Made by a program: the position numbers and the translations under genes. Below the pieces are notes generated by a model, which saw only the letters and a program-made list of their open reading frames with translations, was not told where the DNA came from and made no database searches. From contig JAJZJD010000001.1 in NCBI GenBank assembly GCA_021828445.1, forward strand, positions 1 through 57,449: a DNA stretch of 57,449 nt, in the 5' to 3' direction. This DNA comes from a bacterium (GTDB lineage: Bacteria; SZUA-79; Acidulodesulfobacterales; Acidulodesulfobacteraceae). Of the stretch, positions 18,301 through 29,036 are shown one piece after another; within the stretch, counting starts at the first letter, position 1, and each line of letters begins with the position of its first letter.

Positions 18301-18831
18301 ATGAAAATTATTCTTAAAAAAAATTTAATTTTTGCATTGATTGCGGCGGGTATGCTGTTTGCGTTAAATTATATTAACTGCAATAAAGTTTATGCGGCGG
18401 TAGGCGGCACTTTAAAAAATATGCAGTCAAAATACAAAATGCAAAAGATTTCTTTGAAAAAACTTTATATTATACAGCCCGATCTGTCGCAGTATAATTA
18501 TAAAAATTCCGGTATAACGGCATACGAATATAAGATTAACAAAGTTAAATACGAAGCGGTGTTTAATGCCGGCGGAGTATGCTGGCTGGAATTTGCTATT
18601 TCTAATAATTCGGCGGTAATACCGTTAAGTTCTTTGATCGAAAAAAATCTTTACGGTTATCCGATACTATTCAAAACTATAAAATACGTACCTAACGTTT
18701 ACGAAAAATTGCAGTATGGGAGAAACGTAGGAAAAGTGATTTATATAATGCAGTATATTTACGAAAACAATTCCATATTGCAGGAAGCGGTTATGCCTTC
18801 CATGTCTCCGGACGGCAACTACGGAAATTAA
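18301..18831 (+). CDS. secreted hypothetical protein
   Basis: Signal peptide (…NKVYA-AVGG) and a good RBS (AAGGAG). No recognisable domain. Confidence 0.45.
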   Translation: MKIILKKNLIFALIAAGMLFALNYINCNKVYAAVGGTLKNMQSKYKMQKISLKKLYIIQPDLSQYNYKNSGITAYEYKINKVKYEAVFNAGGVCWLEFAISNNSAVIPLSSLIEKNLYGYPILFKTIKYVPNVYEKLQYGRNVGKVIYIMQYIYENNSILQEAVMPSMSPDGNYGN

Positions 18832-18853
18832 AAGAAAAGCCTTAACTTTAACT

Positions 18854-20185
18854 TTACTTAATCAGCGGATTAATAAGCAATCCGCTGATTAGTTTAGGAT
18901 AAAAATATGTAGATTTTTGAGGCATTCTAAGGTTTATAGAAGCTATTTTTATTACGTCCTCTATTTTAGTAGGATTCATAAAGAATACGGCTTCGAGTTC
19001 TCCCTTGTGAACTTTTTCTAAAGCTTTTTTTGCATCTTTTTCATATACGAGATATTTTTGGTTATCGATTTCTTCCTGCGTTATTTCTAAAGCTTTTTTT
19101 AAAATATATTCCTGAAGGATAGATACGTCGAGATTATCCAAAGGGTTTGTCGTTTTTGCGTCCGCGGTTTCTTTTTTAAACGAGAGTATAAAATTTTTTC
19201 CGGATTTATGGGCAAAACCGAAAGAAACGTATTTTTCGCCGATTTTTTTATTTTCATTTATCAGGTCGCCGGCATTCGTTTCTTTAAATATGAAATATTT
19301 GCTTAAAATTTCTATAAAATTTTCAATATCTATATTTTTTCCTTTTATGCCTCTATGCGTAGGTAAAATAACCAATCCTTTCTGTCCTGAAGGCGCAAAA
19401 AACATAAGGCACGAATCGGCGTCGATACCTTTATTATCTAATCCGTTTTTTTTAACGTAGTCCCTGTAATTAAGACATGTTTCGAATCTGTGGTGTCCGT
19501 CCGCGATATAAACTGATTTACCGCTCATCTCATTTTGGATATCGGATATAATTTTTTCATCTTCTACTTCGTAAAGTATGTTTCTAATTTCGCTGTCGTC
19601 TATGAAATCGAACAGTTTTTTAACTTCTTTTTCCGATACCGCCGTTTTTAAAATATTCAAAACTTTTTGATTATTGTCTTCAAATACGGAAAAAATAGGG
19701 CTGAAATTTGCATTTGCGGCTTCCATCAGCTTAAAGCGGTCTTCTTTAGGTTTGGAAAGTGTAGCTTCGTGGCCGTATATAGAGTTATTTTCTTTAGATT
19801 CCGGAAGTTTAAAAAGAGACATAAAGCCGGTTCTTTCGTATGCGGTTCCGTCGATATTAAAAATTTGCGAGTAAACGTAAATCGAGTTTTTTTCTGCTTT
19901 TTTTAAAATGCCCCTGCCCGTCCATTCATCATATAAGCGGGCCGCCCTTGTATATTTATTTTCCTTATCGCCGTCGCCGCCTAATTCCTTTCCGTATTCG
20001 AGCCTTATTATATTGTATTGCGACCTTTCATATAGTTCGCTCTGAAGTTCTTTGCTTATTACGTCATAAGGCGGGGCTGTAAGATTTTTAATTTCTCCGG
20101 ACGAATTAACGTCGTAAATATAAGGCATAAAAGGTTCTATTATTGTTTTAATTTTTTTTTCGTCGATTTTATTCATAGAACTCAA
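18854..20185 (-). CDS. DUF1015-family protein
   Basis: N-terminal APPYDVIS motif, internal IADGHHRFET, and a length of about 440 aa are typical of DUF1015. Confidence 0.65.
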   Translation of the reverse strand: MSSMNKIDEKKIKTIIEPFMPYIYDVNSSGEIKNLTAPPYDVISKELQSELYERSQYNIIRLEYGKELGGDGDKENKYTRAARLYDEWTGRGILKKAEKNSIYVYSQIFNIDGTAYERTGFMSLFKLPESKENNSIYGHEATLSKPKEDRFKLMEAANANFSPIFSVFEDNNQKVLNILKTAVSEKEVKKLFDFIDDSEIRNILYEVEDEKIISDIQNEMSGKSVYIADGHHRFETCLNYRDYVKKNGLDNKGIDADSCLMFFAPSGQKGLVILPTHRGIKGKNIDIENFIEILSKYFIFKETNAGDLINENKKIGEKYVSFGFAHKSGKNFILSFKKETADAKTTNPLDNLDVSILQEYILKKALEITQEEIDNQKYLVYEKDAKKALEKVHKGELEAVFFMNPTKIEDVIKIASINLRMPQKSTYFYPKLISGLLINPLIK

Positions 20186-20261
20186 GAATTTAATAAAATA
20201 AATTAATTATCTTTATTATTTTTACAGATAAAAATGAAATATAAAATATTGCTTAGAACCG

Positions 20262-21176
20262 TTATAAAATAGGAGTCGAACTGGGCGTTGCGTAAGAATG
20301 CAATCCCGGTATTATCAAATCTACGCCGAGATAACAGAATATAACTACCGCAAATCCGATGACGGCGATCCACGCCATTTTTTTACCGCCCCATCCTTTG
20401 GTAAATCTTGCATGAATAAATAAAATGTATGCTATCCACGTTATAAGCGACCATGTTTCTTTAGGATCCCAGCTCCAGTAACCGCCCCAGGCGCTGTCCG
20501 CCCATGCGGCGCCAATTACTATTCCTGCGGTTAAAAAAACGAGCCCGACCGATATCACCTTATAAATAGATTCTTCTATTACTGCAGATTCCGGCAAAAG
20601 CGATAAAAATCGGTTTTGCTTTTTCTGCTTTGTGTTTTCGATATCTTTATTTTTTGATTTGCCGGTTTTTATAAGATAAAGTATTCCAAGACCGAATGAA
20701 GCCGCAAATGCGCCGTATGCGACAAATAAAGTCATAATATGGTATATAAGCCAGTAGCTTTGCAGAGCAGGAATTGTAGGTTCTATTGCGCTTGTCGCAA
20801 GAGGATAAAAAGTTGCGAAAGCAAGAGCCGCCGATGCTATAAACGTAATTATAAAACCAAGGGCATCAAAATCGTAAAAAATTCTTAAAATTATATAACC
20901 GATTTCGATAACGTAAGCAAAGAAAACCATAGAGTCGTATAGATCGACTAACGGCGGCGTATCTATCCCGATTTTATAGGCATATATCCATCTTATAACG
21001 AATGCCGCGGTCTGAATTATAAAACCCGCAATTAGAATAACGAAAGATATTTTTGAAATCATCTTGCTTCCGGTAAATAAAAAAATAAAATAACCTATAA
21101 AAGAAGCGAACACGAAAAGAAGCGAAACCGTAAAATATAAGGAACCGTCAAGTACGGATATATTCGGCGAAATCAT
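20262..21176 (-). CDS. ccsA: cytochrome c biogenesis protein CcsA/ResC (System II heme handling)
   Basis: Trp-rich WWD motif WGGYWSWDPKETWSLITW, polytopic membrane protein, adjacent to a ResB-like gene. Confidence 0.85.
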   Translation of the reverse strand: MISPNISVLDGSLYFTVSLLFVFASFIGYFIFLFTGSKMISKISFVILIAGFIIQTAAFVIRWIYAYKIGIDTPPLVDLYDSMVFFAYVIEIGYIILRIFYDFDALGFIITFIASAALAFATFYPLATSAIEPTIPALQSYWLIYHIMTLFVAYGAFAASFGLGILYLIKTGKSKNKDIENTKQKKQNRFLSLLPESAVIEESIYKVISVGLVFLTAGIVIGAAWADSAWGGYWSWDPKETWSLITWIAYILFIHARFTKGWGGKKMAWIAVIGFAVVIFCYLGVDLIIPGLHSYATPSSTPIL

Positions 21177-21211
21177 AGTTATAACCTCTGATAACTTTTA
21201 ACATATTTAAG

Positions 21212-22567
21212 TTAATGTAAGTATTTTTTTAGTTCGCTAATTTTTTTATCAAATTTCTTGTAAAAAGAATTAAATTTCTTTTTTGGAATAGAAATTATTT
21301 CAATCTTCGTTTTTTTAGCATCATTAATGCCGGATAGCGATACCCACGTCTCTTCGTGATTAAAGAAAAATGAAAAAAATAAAGAAATCACAAGAATTAT
21401 ACATCCTATCCAAACTACAGATACGTAAGTATTTTTAGATATTTCGACGCCGCTGTAATAGTAAGTTTTTAATTGCGGAGTCATTATAAAGCCGATATTT
21501 TTATATCTTGCTATAATAAGCGGGAAATTGTTATTTTTAACCCGTATAACCCTAAAATTTAAAATTTTTTTATTATTTAGTTTAATTATATAAGGGAAAT
21601 AGGGCATTTTACCTTTTCTAACAACCCTGATTAGCATAAATTTAATGTTATTTATTTTAGAATTATAATATTTTCCCGCCGATGCATATATTATTTTTTT
21701 AAAAGATTTAATGTGCCGTAAATTAACTATTAAGATACCGTATTTGTCAGGTTTATAATGTCCGTAGCTTGCCTGGTAGATAGTAATGCCTTTATAAGTT
21801 AAAGGATGGTTTACCTCTATGTTTTTTGTCAAAATTCTTATATGTTCTTCAATTATACTTATAGTGCTAATGTAAGCCTTAGGAATTCCGTCAGAATAAT
21901 AAGTCGTGCGGTATCTGTCGAGCCTTATCGTAAACGGAAGTTTAATCGGTTTGTTGTTTTTTAAAAGGTAAGTAACGTTAGTTTTTTTTCCTACTTTAAT
22001 GTTGGTATAAGACCTGAATCCGTATTTAAAATTAAGCAACACTCCTATAATAATAATTATTACGCTTATGTGGGCAATGTAAGGAGAAAATCTGAAAATA
22101 GAATTTCGGGAATAGTATAATTCTGCTTTATCGCTGTTTTCGCTTATTTTTTCGTATAACGGCTCCCCGAATTTTTTACCTATAACTTCTTTTAATTCTT
22201 CCGGTTTCTTTTTTGTTTCGATTGCCTCATATACCGCTTTAGGGTTTTTCTTTTCCGATACTTCTTGAAAAGAGGGATAAGGACCGAAAACCGCTTTTAT
22301 AGTACGCGGAAACATATTGATAGATGCGGCTATAAGATTAACTATCAGAAGCAGGGTAAGCGCGATGAAATACCACGAATCGTAAATATTTAAAAAGCCG
22401 AGCCAGTATAATACGTGATAAGCCGCCGGCGAAAAAATAGTTTTATACTGTTTTATCGTATCGCCTTGGTTTATAAACGTACCTATCATTGCAAGAACGG
22501 CGATTGTTATAAAAAGAAAAACGGCGAGTTTAACAGAAGAAATAAATTTATTTAATTTTGACAGCAT
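21212..22567 (-). CDS. ccsB: cytochrome c biogenesis protein CcsB/ResB
   Basis: N-terminus KLAVFLFITIAVLAMIGTFINQG, a large extracytoplasmic loop and a C-terminal TM helix. Immediately upstream of ccsA. Confidence 0.75.
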   Translation of the reverse strand: MLSKLNKFISSVKLAVFLFITIAVLAMIGTFINQGDTIKQYKTIFSPAAYHVLYWLGFLNIYDSWYFIALTLLLIVNLIAASINMFPRTIKAVFGPYPSFQEVSEKKNPKAVYEAIETKKKPEELKEVIGKKFGEPLYEKISENSDKAELYYSRNSIFRFSPYIAHISVIIIIIGVLLNFKYGFRSYTNIKVGKKTNVTYLLKNNKPIKLPFTIRLDRYRTTYYSDGIPKAYISTISIIEEHIRILTKNIEVNHPLTYKGITIYQASYGHYKPDKYGILIVNLRHIKSFKKIIYASAGKYYNSKINNIKFMLIRVVRKGKMPYFPYIIKLNNKKILNFRVIRVKNNNFPLIIARYKNIGFIMTPQLKTYYYSGVEISKNTYVSVVWIGCIILVISLFFSFFFNHEETWVSLSGINDAKKTKIEIISIPKKKFNSFYKKFDKKISELKKYLH

Positions 22568-22713
22568 TTTTATATTCTATGCTTTTATTAAAAATTTGTA
22601 AAGAAAAAAAGTTTTTGTTTTGTCGTTCCGATATAGTTAATAAGCCGATTTTTTAATATAGAATGATATAGAATAAAACTTGACAAAATGTTAAAATATT
22701 GTTTAAATAATAA

Positions 22714-22740
22714 TTAGCACTCTGTATGTTTAAGTGCTAA
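22714..22740 (+). promoter_or_regulatory. CIRCE operator (HrcA binding site)
   Basis: TTAGCACTC-N9-AAGTGCTAA, against consensus TTAGCACTC-N9-GAGTGCTAA. Lies just downstream of a TTGACA -35-like hexamer (22679-22684) and upstream of hrcA. Confidence 0.85.
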
Positions 22741-22812
22741 TCGGCGGTAAATAACTATATATAAATTTTAGTTTAGTTTTTGCCGAATAAGATATATTTA
22801 TTGTAGATTTAT

Positions 22813-23895
22813 ATGAAAAATTTGGAAGAAAAAGCGGAAAAATTTAATTACAGCGATTTAAACGAAAGGAGCAGAGAAATACTTCTCGGCATAGTAGAAG
22901 GGTATTTTGGAACGGCAAGTCCCGTAGGTTCTAAATTTATCGCCGAAAACAGCAAACTTAATTTAAGCTCTGCTTCTATAAGAAATATTATGGCTTTGTT
23001 GGAAGAAGCCGGTTATATTTTTCAGCCGCATTTTTCAGCCGGCAGGATTCCGACGGCTAAAGGATACAAGTTTTATGTCGACAGTTTGATGAAAACCGAA
23101 AAAATTTCCCTTAAAGAAAAAGAGAACATAGAAATAAGATTATCTTCGTCAAACAGGGATTTAAACGGAATATTAAATCAGGTTTCCATACTGCTTTCCG
23201 ATTTGTCTCATTACGCAGGCGTGGTTTTGGCGCCGGATATGTCCGAAGCTAATCTTTTACATATAGAATTTATAAGGATAAAAGAAAAAAATATACTTGC
23301 TATTATAGTGTTTGCAAACGGAATTACGGAAAATAAATCGTTTTATATAACCAAAGATATAAAACAAAACGAACTTACGCGCTATTCTAATAAATTAAAC
23401 GAAATAATCGAAAGGAAGAATTGCAGCTTAGACGATTTAAAAGAAATAATAACCGAAGAAATGCATAGCGATAAGGAAATTTTTTCTTCTATTTTAAATA
23501 AGGAAATTTTTTCTTCCATAGGAAATGTTTCCGGCTATAGGGATTATGAGCATTACGATAACTGTCTTTACGTCGGTCCGGAGGGAGATTTAATAGAAGA
23601 GCCGGAATTTTCCAATAATGAGCAGATAAAATTTCTTATAAAGACAATTTCGGACAAAAAAAATATCATAAAACTTCTCGGACATACTAAAAATTCCAAA
23701 ACAAAACAGATATTCATAGGTTCGGAAGAAGAGTGGTCTGAGATATCCGGTCTTTCCCTTATAACGGCGCCTTATATAAGCGAGGCCAATATGCTTAGGG
23801 GGTCGATAGGAATAATAGGGCCGTTAAGAATGAATTATTCCCACGTTATTCCTATAATAGATTTTGTATCGGAATTTTTAAGCGGCATTATATGA
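22813..23895 (+). CDS. hrcA: heat-inducible transcription repressor HrcA
   Basis: LNERSREILLGIVEGYFGTASPVGSKFI...SSASIRNIMALLEEAGYIFQPHFSAGRIPT. First gene of a CIRCE-controlled hrcA-grpE-dnaK-dnaJ set. Confidence 0.9.
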   Translation: MKNLEEKAEKFNYSDLNERSREILLGIVEGYFGTASPVGSKFIAENSKLNLSSASIRNIMALLEEAGYIFQPHFSAGRIPTAKGYKFYVDSLMKTEKISLKEKENIEIRLSSSNRDLNGILNQVSILLSDLSHYAGVVLAPDMSEANLLHIEFIRIKEKNILAIIVFANGITENKSFYITKDIKQNELTRYSNKLNEIIERKNCSLDDLKEIITEEMHSDKEIFSSILNKEIFSSIGNVSGYRDYEHYDNCLYVGPEGDLIEEPEFSNNEQIKFLIKTISDKKNIIKLLGHTKNSKTKQIFIGSEEEWSEISGLSLITAPYISEANMLRGSIGIIGPLRMNYSHVIPIIDFVSEFLSGII

Positions 23896-23964
23896 ATATA
23901 AATTATTGCATGCATTCAAATTAAATAACGGCATAATAAAAAATAAATAAAGGAGATATATTTA

Positions 23965-24642
23965 ATGCGTTTAGACGAAGAAAATGCGGAATATGAAAGA
24001 ACGAACCGAGATGCCGGCGATTCCGAAATAGAATCCGAATTAGGAAAAAAGATGGAAACGGAACCGCATGGACAGGAGAATATCGTCATCGAAAACGATG
24101 CCGATATCGATATGATTCCCGACCCAAAAAATCTCGTTGAAGCGGAAAAAACTTTAAAATACTTAAAAAACGTACTTAAAAATTTAAAAAAAGAAAACGA
24201 CGAAGCAAATGCAAACTATCTTAAGAGCTTAGCCGAAATGGAAAATTTTAGAAAAAGAAACAACAGAGATAAAGAAGAGGCTCTAAAATATTCCAACGAA
24301 AAAATATTAAGGGATTTGCTTCCCGTTCTCGATTTTTTAGATCTGGCTATAAGTCATTCCGCTGCATATATGGAACAGGACGCTTCCGGAAATTTAAAAT
24401 CTTTCGTTGAAGGCGTTAAATTAGCCTATGACGAATTTATTAAAATTTTAAAAAATTACGGAGCGGAAGTTATAGAAACGGTAGGGAAAAGTTTTGACGC
24501 TAATTTTCACGATGCCGTAGAAATGGTCGAAAATTCCGGAAAACCCGACGGAACTATAATCGAAGAAAAAAGGAAGGGTTATGTTTTTAAAGAAAGGCTT
24601 TTGAGGCCGGCTATGGTTTCTATAGCCAAATCTAAAAATTAA
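23965..24642 (+). CDS. grpE: nucleotide exchange factor GrpE
   Basis: AEMENFRKRNNRDKEEALKYSNEKILRDLLPVLD and FDANFHDAV...RLLRPAMV match GrpE. Confidence 0.9.
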   Translation: MRLDEENAEYERTNRDAGDSEIESELGKKMETEPHGQENIVIENDADIDMIPDPKNLVEAEKTLKYLKNVLKNLKKENDEANANYLKSLAEMENFRKRNNRDKEEALKYSNEKILRDLLPVLDFLDLAISHSAAYMEQDASGNLKSFVEGVKLAYDEFIKILKNYGAEVIETVGKSFDANFHDAVEMVENSGKPDGTIIEEKRKGYVFKERLLRPAMVSIAKSKN

Positions 24643-24753
24643 ATTTTATAAATTTACATTTATATTTATTTATTGTTTAAATATACGATATAATAAGAAA
24701 TAGAAAATAGATAAAAAATAAAAAAATCATATAGATTTAAGGAGAATTTAATC

Positions 24754-26679
24754 ATGGGAAAAGTTATAGGAATCGACTTAGGAACTACAAACTCTTGCGT
24801 TGCAGTTATGGAAGGCAAAGAACCTACGGTAATAGCAAATTCTGAAGGAGCAAGGACTACGCCTTCGGTAGTTTCTTTTACCGACAGCGGAGAAAGGTTA
24901 GTGGGGCAGGCGGCAAAAAGGCAGGCCGTCACGAATCCCGAAAATACCGTTTACGCAGTAAAAAGACTTATCGGAAGAAAATATGATTCGCCTGAAGTTC
25001 AGGCTTTCAAAAAGGTATGTCCTTATAAAATAGTGCCGAGCGAAAACGGCGATGCATGGGTTGAAATTAAAGGAAGGAAGTATTCACCCGCAGAAATATC
25101 TTCTATTATTTTAACTAAGATGAAAAAAACTGCAGAAGATTATCTTGGGGAACCGGTAACCGAAGCGGTTATTACAGTTCCGGCCTATTTTAACGATTCG
25201 CAAAGACAGGCCACAAAAGATGCCGGTAAAATAGCGGGATTGGATGTTTTAAGGATTATTAACGAGCCTACGGCATCGTCCCTTTCTTACGGATTAGACA
25301 AAAAGAAAGAAGAAAAAATAGCCGTTTACGATTTAGGCGGAGGAACTTTCGATATATCGATACTGGAACTCGGAGAAGGAGTATTCGAAGTAAAATCTAC
25401 TAACGGAGACACTTTTTTGGGCGGTGAAGATTTCGACCAGAAGGTAATTGACTATATAGCCGATGAATTCAAAAAAGACCAGGGCATAGATTTAAGAAAA
25501 GACAAGATGGCGCTTCAAAGATTAAAAGAAGCGGCGGAAAAAGCAAAAATAGAACTTTCGTCTTCTCTTGAAACGGATATAAATTTACCGTTTATTACTG
25601 CGGACGCAAGCGGTCCTAAACATCTTAATATGAAACTGTCCCGGGCAAAATTAGAGCAGCTTACCGGTGAATTAATCGAAAGGTCTATGTCGCCCGTAAA
25701 AACTGCATTAAAGGATGCGGGTTTAAATACGTCTCAGGTTGACGAAGTAGTGCTTGTCGGCGGACAGACCAGAATGCCGAAAGTTCAGCAGGCGGTTAAG
25801 GAATTTTTCGGAAAGGAACCGCATAAAGGAGTTAATCCTGATGAAGTAGTCGCAGTAGGAGCCGCAATTCAGGGCGCCGTTCTCAAAGGAGACGTTAAAG
25901 ACGTTTTACTGCTTGACGTTACGCCTCTGTCTCTTGGAATAGAAACGCTCGGCGGAGTAAGCACTAAATTAATAGAAAAAAATACGACCATTCCTACTAG
26001 AAAAAGCCAGATATTTTCTACGGCGGCAGACAGCCAGCCTGCAGTTACTATAAACGTTCTGCAGGGCGAAAGAGAAATGGCGTCCGATAATAAGAGTTTG
26101 GGAAGGTTTGAATTGACCGGTATCCCGCCGGCTCCGAGAGGAGTTCCGCAGATAGAAGTTACGTTCGATATAGACGCAAACGGTATAGTGCATGTTTCCG
26201 CAAAAGATCTTGGAACGGGCAAAGAACAGTCTATTAAGATAACCGCTTCAAGCGGATTGTCTAAGGAAGAAATAGACAGAATGATAAAAGAAGCAGAGCT
26301 TCATAAAGACGAAGATTCAAGAAAAAAAGAATTGATAGAAGTGAGGAATCATTTAGACGGATTGGTATATTCCGTAGAAAAAACTTTGAAAGATTCGGGC
26401 GATAAAATCGAATCTTCCGAAAAAATGGCGGCGGAAGAAAAAATAGCCGAGGCCAAGAAAGCTTTAGAAGGAGATAATATAGAATCTATAAAAAGCATAA
26501 CGGAAGAGCTGGAAAAATTGTCGCATAGCATAGCAGAATCAATTTATAAGAAAACTGCGGCGGAAACCGGAACTGCGGGAACGGGAGCAGGCGCAGGAGA
26601 AGAACAGCAATCTAAACCTGCCGACGACAATGTAGTAGAAGCAGAATACGAAGAAGTAAAAGACAAAAAGAATGAATAA
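24754..26679 (+). CDS. dnaK: molecular chaperone DnaK (Hsp70)
   Basis: [37 protein letters not shown] and the rest of the sequence are unmistakably Hsp70. Confidence 0.98.
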   Translation: MGKVIGIDLGTTNSCVAVMEGKEPTVIANSEGARTTPSVVSFTDSGERLVGQAAKRQAVTNPENTVYAVKRLIGRKYDSPEVQAFKKVCPYKIVPSENGDAWVEIKGRKYSPAEISSIILTKMKKTAEDYLGEPVTEAVITVPAYFNDSQRQATKDAGKIAGLDVLRIINEPTASSLSYGLDKKKEEKIAVYDLGGGTFDISILELGEGVFEVKSTNGDTFLGGEDFDQKVIDYIADEFKKDQGIDLRKDKMALQRLKEAAEKAKIELSSSLETDINLPFITADASGPKHLNMKLSRAKLEQLTGELIERSMSPVKTALKDAGLNTSQVDEVVLVGGQTRMPKVQQAVKEFFGKEPHKGVNPDEVVAVGAAIQGAVLKGDVKDVLLLDVTPLSLGIETLGGVSTKLIEKNTTIPTRKSQIFSTAADSQPAVTINVLQGEREMASDNKSLGRFELTGIPPAPRGVPQIEVTFDIDANGIVHVSAKDLGTGKEQSIKITASSGLSKEEIDRMIKEAELHKDEDSRKKELIEVRNHLDGLVYSVEKTLKDSGDKIESSEKMAAEEKIAEAKKALEGDNIESIKSITEELEKLSHSIAESIYKKTAAETGTAGTGAGAGEEQQSKPADDNVVEAEYEEVKDKKNE

Positions 26680-26707
26680 TTTAGACAAAAGATAAACTTT
26701 AATGCAG

Positions 26708-26744
26708 CCTCCTTTGCTACTCAAAATAAAGCAGGGGAGGTTTT
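26708..26744 (+). terminator. stem-loop plus T-run between dnaK and dnaJ (possible attenuating terminator)
   Basis: CCTCCTTTGCT / AGCAGGGGAGG forms an 11-bp stem (two G-U pairs) with an 11-nt loop, followed by TTTT. Confidence 0.45.
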
Positions 26745-26781
26745 CCTAAATACTTATAAATTTATTTAAACTAAATAAAAT

Positions 26782-27882
26782 ATGGCATATAAAAGAGATT
26801 ATTACGAAATTTTAGAAATAGACAGAAACGCAAACGCAGACGAAATAAAAAAGGCTTACAGAAAGTTGGCCCAAAAATATCATCCCGATAAAAACAGAGG
26901 CGACGGAGATTCTGAAGAAAAATTCAAAGAAATAAACGAGGCATACAGTATTTTATGCGACGAAGAAAAAAGAGCTGCATACGATAGGTTTGGACATGAA
27001 GGCGTCGGCGCATTTGCTTCGGGCGGCGGAGGCGGTTTCGGCTTCGGCGATATATTCGGCGATTTTTTCGGCGATATTTTTTCGCAGTCAAATAAAAAAA
27101 CGAAACGTAAACGGGGAGAAGATCTAAGATACGGAGTAAGAATAAAATTTGAAGAATCCTTATTCGGTGTGTCTAAGCAGATAAAATACAACAGATATGA
27201 AACATGCTCTACATGCGGAGGAACCGGCGCCAAAAAAGGTACAAACAGAGTTACTTGTCCGGTGTGTCACGGCACCGGTGAAATAAGACAGCAGCAGGGC
27301 TTCTTCTCTATTGCAAGGACATGTTATAAGTGCGGGGGAGAAGGCGAAATAATAGAAAATCCATGTCCTGTATGCAAGGGTGAAGGCAGGGTAATAAAAG
27401 AGCGCAAACTCGATATCAAAATACCCGCAGGTATCGACGACGGAAACAGGCTTAAGGTATCTGGGGAAGGCTCGTCAGGACTTTTCGGCGGTCCAAACGG
27501 AGACTTGTACGTCGATATCACGGTTGAACCTCACGCTTTATTTAAAAGGCAGGGCAGCGATATTTTTATTTCTATGCCTATAAGTTTTTCGCAGGCTGCG
27601 CTTGGAAGCGAAATAGAAGTTCCTACGGTTGACGACGGAAAATCGACTATAAAAATAACGCCCGGAACTCAAAGCGGGACGCAGTTTACCCTTAAAGGAA
27701 AAGGGGCTCCTAAAATCAGCGGAGGACAGAGGGGAAACCAATATATTAACATAGTCGTGGAAACGCCTACTAATCTTACCCAAAAACAAAAAAAACTTTT
27801 TGAGGAGCTTGCCGCAGAAAATAAAGAAGAAACGCATCCGCTTAAAAAATCTTTCTTAGACAAGATAAAATCTATAATATAA
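26782..27882 (+). CDS. dnaJ: molecular chaperone DnaJ
   Basis: J-domain with HPD (KYHPDKN), G/F-rich linker and four CxxCxGxG zinc-finger repeats. Confidence 0.95.
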   Translation: MAYKRDYYEILEIDRNANADEIKKAYRKLAQKYHPDKNRGDGDSEEKFKEINEAYSILCDEEKRAAYDRFGHEGVGAFASGGGGGFGFGDIFGDFFGDIFSQSNKKTKRKRGEDLRYGVRIKFEESLFGVSKQIKYNRYETCSTCGGTGAKKGTNRVTCPVCHGTGEIRQQQGFFSIARTCYKCGGEGEIIENPCPVCKGEGRVIKERKLDIKIPAGIDDGNRLKVSGEGSSGLFGGPNGDLYVDITVEPHALFKRQGSDIFISMPISFSQAALGSEIEVPTVDDGKSTIKITPGTQSGTQFTLKGKGAPKISGGQRGNQYINIVVETPTNLTQKQKKLFEELAAENKEETHPLKKSFLDKIKSII

Positions 27883-27906
27883 AAATATAATAATTAACTT
27901 AAAGAA

Positions 27907-28233
27907 TTATTTATTTACGAACCGGATGTCTTTAATTTTTATCGTCTTGTCTAATTGCAAACCGTTTATTTCGGACGAGAAAAATTCATTGATTTTTTTT
28001 ATAAATTCATCTTTTATAAATCCAAGTTCAAATATTAATACAGGATTTTCGACGCTTACGGTTAAAACGTTTTTATATAAAGATTTAGGTTTAGTTTTTT
28101 TGCTTATTTCCTTTCCGCAAATAGATTCCCATTTCTCATATAATAAGAGTGCGCAATAGTCCGATGAGTTCAATTTGCTTTTTAATGCGGCCAGCAGGAC
28201 TTCTTTTAAATTTAATTGTTGATTTAATTTCAT
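27907..28233 (-). CDS. DUF721 (DciA-like) protein
   Basis: Size and WESICGKEISKKTKP..YKNVLTVSVENPVLIFELGF pattern resemble DUF721. Confidence 0.5.
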   Translation of the reverse strand: MKLNQQLNLKEVLLAALKSKLNSSDYCALLLYEKWESICGKEISKKTKPKSLYKNVLTVSVENPVLIFELGFIKDEFIKKINEFFSSEINGLQLDKTIKIKDIRFVNK

Positions 28234-28303
28234 TATTGTAATATTATTGCTTATAATACAAAAAAATTCAATAAATTTAAATTTAAATTGAAGCCGGTGT
28301 TAT

Positions 28304-28897
28304 ATGGATATTAATTGTCCCTATTGCGGAACGCATTACGAATTAAACGAATCGCTTATTCCGGAAGGCGATATTAAGGTAAAATGCAGGGTTTGTTCTA
28401 ACGTTTTTACGCTTAATAAAAAAACGGGAGTCCTTAAAGATAATACTGCCGTGTTTTCAAGCGGCGCAGACGAAAAAACAGATAAACCTTTTAATAAAAC
28501 GTTTACGGCAGCCGACGGCGCTGAAAGCTCATCAAATAATACTAATGCCGCATCTGAAAAAGACGAAACTCAGACTAACAGCAAAAATCTTTCCGATATG
28601 CCGGAAGATTTTATGAAGTCGATTATATCGGAGATAAACAGCGCGGTAGCGGAAGAGTCCGCCAAACCGGATATAGTTAAAGACGTAAGCGGAGACAAGA
28701 AAAAATCGAGCGAAAAAAGGCCGTATGAAAAAGGAAAAGCTAAAGAAAAAAAAGGCGCTTCCCCGTTCCAGATTTCAATGGTAATACTATTGGGAATAGT
28801 GTTTTTAATCGCGGTATTTTCGCTTCTCGTTCATTACGGCGTAATTAATGCCGGTTTTCTTCCGCCGGTCGTATCTGAAATATTATCGTCCTTTTAA
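28304..28897 (+). CDS. MJ0042-type zinc-ribbon protein with C-terminal TM anchor
   Basis: CPYCGTHYEL...VKCRVCSNVF ribbon, a low-complexity acidic/basic linker, and the TM helix ISMVILLGIVFLIAVFSLLV. Confidence 0.55.
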   Translation: MDINCPYCGTHYELNESLIPEGDIKVKCRVCSNVFTLNKKTGVLKDNTAVFSSGADEKTDKPFNKTFTAADGAESSSNNTNAASEKDETQTNSKNLSDMPEDFMKSIISEINSAVAEESAKPDIVKDVSGDKKKSSEKRPYEKGKAKEKKGASPFQISMVILLGIVFLIAVFSLLVHYGVINAGFLPPVVSEILSSF

Positions 28898-29036
28898 CTG
28901 AATAAACAATTCTTCCCATTTTTGTTTTTATTGATTTAAATTCTTTTATGAGCGCGATATAACAATTTTTTATCTTTTTAAGGTTGAATATATAAATTAA
29001 TAACCTTGAAAAAATTCATTATTAATTATACGGCAA

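Noticed and set aside
23473-23516. 27-nt-period internal duplication in hrcA (KEIFSSILN / KEIFSSIGN).
   Set aside because: It is an in-frame tandem duplication in a poorly conserved part of HrcA. It does not disrupt the ORF and there is no evidence of functional significance.
24666-27863. Antisense or out-of-frame ORFs across dnaK and dnaJ (24666-24932, 25869-26222, 25969-26193, 26349-26531, 26539-26724, 26880-27233, 27324-27521, 27538-27837, 27669-27863).
   Set aside because: They are shadow ORFs of highly conserved chaperone genes, with proline/serine-rich nonsense translations.
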